In this document: piece by piece, positions 58,456 to 64,000 of the stretch | Numbering within the stretch: the stretch's first letter is position 1 | How the letters are laid out: the number at the start of each line of letters is the position of its first letter | Assembly: GCA_934129945.1 (NCBI GenBank) | Contig: CAKOXC010000001.1 | Location: 236,152 to 300,151 of the forward strand | Length of the DNA: 64,000 nucleotides | Direction of reading: 5' to 3' | Origin: an uncultured Bacilli bacterium | GTDB lineage: Bacteria; Bacillota_I; Bacilli_A; RF39; UBA660 | Program-made: the position numbers and the translations under genes | The notes under the pieces: model-generated | What the model saw: the letters and a program-made list of their open reading frames with translations, nothing else | Told to the model about the DNA's origin: nothing | The model's database searches: none

Positions 58456-60808
58456 TAAGAAAAGTAAACTTCCCAAAAATATATCAGATTTTATTCCATT
58501 TCAAGATGTTTGGAATAACCTAGTTTATTTGGATAATAATAGAATTGTTGGTGGAATCAAAATCGGATCTATCAATTTACATTTATTATTTGATGAAGAA
58601 CAAAAAATCAAAGTTGCAGAACTTAAAAAGGTTTTAAATTCAATTGACTACCCTGTTAAAATTTTTAGTGTAGATAAACCTATTAATCTTGATGATAATT
58701 TAAACTTACTAGGTTCTAAAATTAAATCTGAAACTAATAAAAGCAAAATAAAATTACTAGAGGAAGATTATAATTTTGTCCAAGATTTAAATAATAAAAA
58801 ATGGGTTGTAAATCGAGAATTTTATTTAATTATGGAAGAAGATGCAACAAATGAGCAATTAATTAACCAGAAGCTAAATGATTTAATTCAGGAATTTATT
58901 TCTATTGGATTATATAGTGAAAGAGTTTCTAGTGAAGAGTGGCGAGATTTATTATATATTATTTTAAATCCTGTTACATCGCTCGACATTTTCAAAAAAG
59001 ATGCTACAGGTATAACTCGCTCATTTAAAGAGAAAATCGCCCCAAACGGCTTAAAAATCAATGAAAAGGATATAATTCTAGGTGATGCTTATGTAAGTGT
59101 TGTTACACTTCGAACATACCCATCTATTGTTGGTGTTGCATGGTTAGGTGCAGTTGCTAACGTTAACCATACTCGTATGGTTATGACAATCTCTCCTATG
59201 GATGCATTTGATATAAGCAATACTTTGAAAAAAAGTATGTCAGAAGTAAAATCAAAATTAATGAACACAAATAATTATAATGATGAGGTTGTATTAAATA
59301 ACCAGTTAGACGATTATGTTCAATTAGTGAATAGAATTGATCGTGAACATGAAAAGTTTTCATTGTTGACGGTCAATTTTTTATGCTATGGTGATTCGAA
59401 GGAAAATATGGAAAGAGCAAAAAAAGAATTAAAAACTACTCTTTCTGCTTATGGTATGGGTGGCACTGATTTAATGTTTGAGCAAGAACGATCATTAAAA
59501 ATGTGTTTACCTACATTGTATAGAGATTTAGAAAAAGAATTCGGACTTCCAATTCCTATGATGACTACTGCCTCATCTTTCCCTTTTATCTTTCAAACGT
59601 TGCAAGATGATGGCGATGCTATGATGATTGGAACTGATTCTCTTGGCAGTCTTTTATTCTTTGACTTATGGAAAAGAACTAGTAAAAGAAATAATTCAAA
59701 TGCAGTAATTATTGGTAAATCAGGTTCTGGTAAGTCTACTTTAATAAAAAAACTTATTCGAGGTAATTGGTGTCGTGGATCTAAAGTAATTGTTATAGAT
59801 CCTGAACGAGAGTATAAGGATTTATGTGAAAATATTAATGGTACATGGATTGATTGTGGAACAGGTTCACATGGAATAATTAATCCACTTGAAGTTAGAA
59901 AAGGTGCTGATGACTCTGATGAAGATAAAAAGAATTTTAATAATGATTTATCAAGACATTTTCAAACGTTTAGAACTTTTATAAAGTATTATCTACAGGA
60001 TCTAACTGCTTATGAGTTAACCAAAATTGAAGAAATACTTATAGAAGTATATAAAGATAAAAATATTGATTTTGATACTGACTTATCAAAATTATCAAGT
60101 GATGACTACCCTATAATGCAAGATTTATATAATAAGGTAGTTGAGACATTAAAACAAGCGAAAGCAAATAAAGAGGCACGAAATGTTATTGAGTCGTTAG
60201 AAAAAATTTCTTCAATGTTAAAAAAATCTACAATTGGAGCAGATGCAAGGATCTTTAATGGTCATTCAAGTATTAATGTGGATAATTCATCCGACTTTAT
60301 TGTTTTGGATATTCATAGCCTTGTTGATTCCGATGAAACAATATTAAGAACTCAGTTCTTCAATATATTATCTTGGTGTTGGAACGAAATAAGTCGTGAT
60401 AGAAATGAACAAGTAATTCTTGTATGCGATGAAGCACATTTACTTATTGATCCTAACAATAAAGATGGTATAGATTTTTTAAAAAGGACAGCAAAAAGAA
60501 TAAGAAAATATAACGGTTCATTATGGATTATTAGTCAAAACTTAATAGATTTTACTTCACAAGGCATTGAAAGATTTGGACAAGTTATTATAGATAATAG
60601 TTCTTATATTTTGGTCATGGCACAAGGACAAAAAGAAATTGAAGCAGTTCAAAAAATGATGAATTTATCAGAATCTGAAATACAATTCCTTACAACTGCT
60701 TCTCGTGGTCAGGGATTATTTGTTATAAGTCAAGATACTCGTTTACCAATTCAAATTCATTTACGAGAAGAAGAAAAGGAGTTGTTTGGTAATGCTGGTG
60801 GTCGTTAA
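58451..60808 (+). CDS. VirB4/TraE-family conjugation ATPase; probable non-ATG (ATT/CTG) start
   Basis: Walker A IIGKSGSGKST, Walker B LVCDEAHLL; frame is open from 58448 and encodes conserved VirB4 N-terminus KLPKNISDFIPFQDVW upstream of the first canonical start (TTG 58529); strong RBS AGGGAGGG at 58432-58440. Confidence 0.8.
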   Translation: MNKKSKLPKNISDFIPFQDVWNNLVYLDNNRIVGGIKIGSINLHLLFDEEQKIKVAELKKVLNSIDYPVKIFSVDKPINLDDNLNLLGSKIKSETNKSKIKLLEEDYNFVQDLNNKKWVVNREFYLIMEEDATNEQLINQKLNDLIQEFISIGLYSERVSSEEWRDLLYIILNPVTSLDIFKKDATGITRSFKEKIAPNGLKINEKDIILGDAYVSVVTLRTYPSIVGVAWLGAVANVNHTRMVMTISPMDAFDISNTLKKSMSEVKSKLMNTNNYNDEVVLNNQLDDYVQLVNRIDREHEKFSLLTVNFLCYGDSKENMERAKKELKTTLSAYGMGGTDLMFEQERSLKMCLPTLYRDLEKEFGLPIPMMTTASSFPFIFQTLQDDGDAMMIGTDSLGSLLFFDLWKRTSKRNNSNAVIIGKSGSGKSTLIKKLIRGNWCRGSKVIVIDPEREYKDLCENINGTWIDCGTGSHGIINPLEVRKGADDSDEDKKNFNNDLSRHFQTFRTFIKYYLQDLTAYELTKIEEILIEVYKDKNIDFDTDLSKLSSDDYPIMQDLYNKVVETLKQAKANKEARNVIESLEKISSMLKKSTIGADARIFNGHSSINVDNSSDFIVLDIHSLVDSDETILRTQFFNILSWCWNEISRDRNEQVILVCDEAHLLIDPNNKDGIDFLKRTAKRIRKYNGSLWIISQNLIDFTSQGIERFGQVIIDNSSYILVMAQGQKEIEAVQKMMNLSESEIQFLTTASRGQGLFVISQDTRLPIQIHLREEEKELFGNAGGR

Positions 60809-61473
60809 TGGATGATATTAAAAAGATATATGCATTCATAATTTCGGCACCTGTAATTATTATAATTTTTATTATTGCATTAGTAATTATGATTGCAGAT
60901 GGTTCTAATGGTGACCCATCAGCAGTTGCAGTTGGTAATCTATCAGAGTTTAATGCTCCATTTAAAATAGATGTCACTTACTCCATTACTTCCCTTTTTG
61001 GAACTCGAAATGATCCATTTACAAATGAAGAAATATTTCATAGTGGTATTGACTTATCAGCTCCCGAGGGTACTGAAATTGTGGCATCAGCAGGTGGAAA
61101 AATATATAAAACAGGATATGAACCTAATGGTTTAGGAAACTATGTAAAAATACAACATGATGTTAACGGAGAAACTTACTATACTGCTTATGGTCATATG
61201 TTGGATAATTCAATAGTTGTATCTGAAGGACAAATTGTTAAGTCAGGAGAAAAAATTGGAATAATTGGTTCAACAGGTCGTTCGACAGGTATTCATGTAC
61301 ACTTTATGCTTATGAGTCCCAACTGCTCTTATAATAAATCGGATCTTAAAGATCCTAAAAGTATTATTGATAGTGATTTAATAAGGAGGAATGAATATAA
61401 AAACAATAAATCAAAATACCCAAGCTTACAACCAATACAAGGACAGCAACCAAGTCAATCATTCGGAAGATAA
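60808..61473 (+). CDS. membrane-anchored M23 (LytM) peptidoglycan endopeptidase
   Basis: HSGIDL...GNYVKIQH...GSTGRSTGIHVHF zinc-site motifs. Confidence 0.8.
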   Translation: MDDIKKIYAFIISAPVIIIIFIIALVIMIADGSNGDPSAVAVGNLSEFNAPFKIDVTYSITSLFGTRNDPFTNEEIFHSGIDLSAPEGTEIVASAGGKIYKTGYEPNGLGNYVKIQHDVNGETYYTAYGHMLDNSIVVSEGQIVKSGEKIGIIGSTGRSTGIHVHFMLMSPNCSYNKSDLKDPKSIIDSDLIRRNEYKNNKSKYPSLQPIQGQQPSQSFGR

Positions 61474-61687
61474 TTTAATAGAAACCTATGCACTTCAGGT
61501 TGCAAGTGTACTTCATAAAACTGGTAAAGGTTCTTTTACAATTGATGAAATAATTGATAAAGTTAAACAAATTGTTAAGGAAGAAGAACTTATAGATCCA
61601 GTTATAATCGAAGTAAATCAAATACTTATAAATAAATATAATTATGAAATAATAAATACTAATATTAAGTTTAATATAGAAATATAG
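61391..61687 (+). CDS. hypothetical ORF (98 aa), overlaps M23 gene 3' end
   Basis: ORF only; 83-nt overlap makes start uncertain. Confidence 0.25.
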   Translation: MNIKTINQNTQAYNQYKDSNQVNHSEDNLIETYALQVASVLHKTGKGSFTIDEIIDKVKQIVKEEELIDPVIIEVNQILINKYNYEIINTNIKFNIEI

Positions 61688-62037
61688 ATAATGGTAAAGG
61701 TTCCTTGATCTAGTATTTATGCTTCAAATATTTTAAAGAAAAGGTTCTTTAATCTCCATTATAGATACTATATTTGTTATAACATCTGTTAGACAGTTAA
61801 CCCTATTTTTAAAGATTCGGTAAAGAATAGTGTTAGACAAAAGTATGACATTTAAGAATATGTATGACAAAGCGAAACTTTGGAAATCCTTTAAATTAGG
61901 GCTAAACTACCCACTGGGTAGTTGTTTGTCAGCCACACTTATCCTGATAAACAAAAGGATTAAAGTTGTGTCCTATTTTCAAATATTTTATTAAAATTAA
62001 TGACTCTAATTTGTGTCCACAATAAAACTATGGAGGT

Positions 62038-62219
62038 GATATTATTAATAACAATGGATGTACTTTTATTAAGTTTAGAATAGATGATAATCTAAACAAT
62101 GCATTTAAAAATATTCTTGAAAAAGAAAAAATAACTCAACAAGAATTATTAGAAAAATTGGTTAAAGAGTATGTTTTAAAGAATTTAAATTTATTAATAA
62201 GTAAGGATACTAAATAATG
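62038..62219 (+). CDS. unannotated ribbon-helix-helix (CopG/MobC-accessory-like) small protein; start codon unclear
   Basis: Open frame ...GCTFIKFRIDDNLNNAFKNILEKEKITQQELLEKLVKEYVLKNL... ending TAA 62217-62219; RBS ggaggtg upstream; no in-frame ATG (ATT candidates, or a 1-nt indel). Confidence 0.45.
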
Positions 62220-62639
62220 AAAGAAGATAGAATTACAATTAGAGTCACACCTGAAGATAAAAAAGAAATTGAATTACTTGCTGATAAGCATAAAATGAAT
62301 ATATCTAGATTTATTTATAGTACCATTAAAGAAAAAATGGAAATTGATAAACTAAATGATAGTCAAGAACAATTTATGCAACTATTTGATATTGCCTTTA
62401 AAAAAAGTTTTGATGCATTTTTTAAGCAATTAATGGTAGTAATAAATCGTATAGAGTTTAATAGCAGATGGTCTATTAAACAAACTGATATATTTATGAA
62501 TCAACTAAAAATTCCACAAACTGAAGATGAATTAAGTTTATCAATAATAGATCATCCTGTAACTGAAGTTGCACATCGTGAGGTACTTAAAGATATAAGG
62601 AAAATGTCAAGTAAGAAACATGAGTTAGATAATGAGTAG
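62217..62639 (+). CDS. MobC-like relaxosome accessory protein
   Basis: RITIRVTPEDKKEIELLADKHKMNISRFI RHH-like N-terminus; precedes relaxase, overlapping stop/start. Confidence 0.65.
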   Translation: MKEDRITIRVTPEDKKEIELLADKHKMNISRFIYSTIKEKMEIDKLNDSQEQFMQLFDIAFKKSFDAFFKQLMVVINRIEFNSRWSIKQTDIFMNQLKIPQTEDELSLSIIDHPVTEVAHREVLKDIRKMSSKKHELDNE

Positions 62640-64000
62640 TTCAAATATTGTGGTTCGTGTTAAGTACCAAAAATGTAATAATTTAAGAGAAAGTGTTAAC
62701 AAGACAATAAGCTATATTAGTGATAAGAAAAAGGCAGATGCTACATCAATTGATGAATATAATATTTTAAAAGACTATATGCAGTTTGCAAGTAATGATT
62801 CATATCTTTATGAAGATAAGGAGTCATTTTCGTGGTCTACCAATGGTGATATAGATGCAAGAAAAGATTTATCTGATATAAAAAAAATGGACTCTAAAGG
62901 AATTCTTTGGAGTCTTGTAATTTCTTTTCCACCAGATTTTGCAATTAACAAAGGACTTATTACTAAGGTAGATTATTATAACCTTACTAAGAATATAATG
63001 CCACAATTATTAACTGGTATGGGATTTAAAATGAATAATGTAACATGGTATTGCAGTTTACATCGTAATACTGACAATCCTCATTTACACATAAATTTTT
63101 TTGAACATCATAAAACTATTTCTAATCCTAAAGTTCCATATGATGTTATTTATAAATTGAAAAGTAATATTGCTAATTATTTAATTGATAATGAAAAATT
63201 TTATAAATTACGAGATGAAGAATTTAGATCTATAACGGGAAATATTTCCCTATCAGAGCTTACTAAAATTAAAAATCAAAAATTATTTGGAGACAAATAT
63301 CGAAGAGATTTGAATAAAATGTTGCTTGATTTATATAATGTACTTCCATCCAAAGGAAGATTACAATATAATTCAAAAAATATAGTTTCATATAAGGATC
63401 AACTTAATAATATAATTCAATACATATTGTTGCATGATTCTACAAAATATCAATATGCTAAATATATAAAGCTATTGGAGGAACATCAAAAGGAATTAAA
63501 TTCAATTTATGGAACATCATTATCTAATAAAAATAAATATTACTACAATAATCAACTTAATAAATTGTATTCAAAAATTGGAAATGAAATATTATCTAAT
63601 TATAAAATATATCGATCTATGGAAACTATGGAAAGAGAGAAAGAATTTTTAAAGAAACACATAAAAGATCTTAAATTTAAAAGTTCTCCATATAAAAAAC
63701 AGGAAAACATTGATAAGATAGCACAAGATTTAAATCATATATGCAATTTTGCAGGTCTTAATCATTTAGAAAAAAAATATGTTTTCAAAAACTGGGTTTT
63801 AAATTCTAAATATGATATTAATATTGATGCATTATTAAGTAGCATGGATAATTTTAATAAGGATATGAGTTCGACCGAGTATTATAACATTTTAAAAAAA
63901 TTGAATTATGATTATGACAGGTACTCTAAATATAAAAATAAAATGTTTTATCAGGAATTAAATTATAAAAAATTTATTAATCAAGCTATGAATTATTTAG
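62636..64000 (+). CDS. HUH relaxase (MOBP/MOBQ-type), 5' portion (continues beyond window)
   Basis: Histidine triad LHRNTDNPHLHINFF (HxDxxHxH motif III) about 150 aa from N-terminus; no stop before window end. Confidence 0.75.

Noticed and set aside
61391-61687. 98-aa ORF overlapping the 3' end of the M23 hydrolase gene
   Set aside because: It has an 83-nt overlap in a different frame and no RBS. It is kept only as a low-confidence feature.
1-64000. CRISPR arrays, rRNA genes, additional tRNAs
   Set aside because: No regularly spaced direct repeats were seen. No rRNA-like conserved stretches were seen. No other tRNA cloverleaf was seen besides tRNA-Trp and its fragment.

Overview
Very AT-rich (about 27-28% GC) chromosome segment from an endospore-forming Firmicute, Clostridia-like; no closer lineage call is made. 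Roughly 1-25.5 kb is a conserved plus-strand core: pth (3' end), mfd, spoVT, a T-box leader plus metG, tatD, a 3D-domain protein, ksgA, yabG, veg, spoVG, yabP, yabQ, divIC, two degenerate EcfA-like ATPases, truA, rplM, rpsI, rpmE, rpiB, spoIID, a SpoIIQ-like protein, an agr-type quorum-sensing locus (LytTR regulator plus AgrC-like kinase on +, agrB plus an unannotated 39-aa agrD-like propeptide on -), csp, hpf and secA. The 3' terminus of secA is followed by decayed, tandem copies of the secA C-terminal (SEC-C) coding end with 30-bp exact direct repeats, which reads like a serial integration hotspot. After it come accessory genes (YjjX-like NTPase, a RhuM pseudogene, a collagen-like BclA-type surface protein with large neighbours, a lipoprotein, zinc-ribbon membrane proteins), then a TetR-MMPL pair, an unknown soluble-protein/MFS/TraX cluster, LysM-amidase and cwlJ. 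A tRNA-Trp (with a degenerate 5' half-copy upstream) marks the start of an ICE-like conjugative region running to the window end (XRE and ArpU-like regulators, orphan N6/N4 DNA methyltransferase, sortase B with a Cna-B/SpaA-type adhesin, VirB6-like and VirB4-like proteins, M23 hydrolase, MobC, HUH relaxase). Several ICE genes seem to need non-ATG starts or carry homopolymer frameshifts. No CRISPR array or rRNA was seen.
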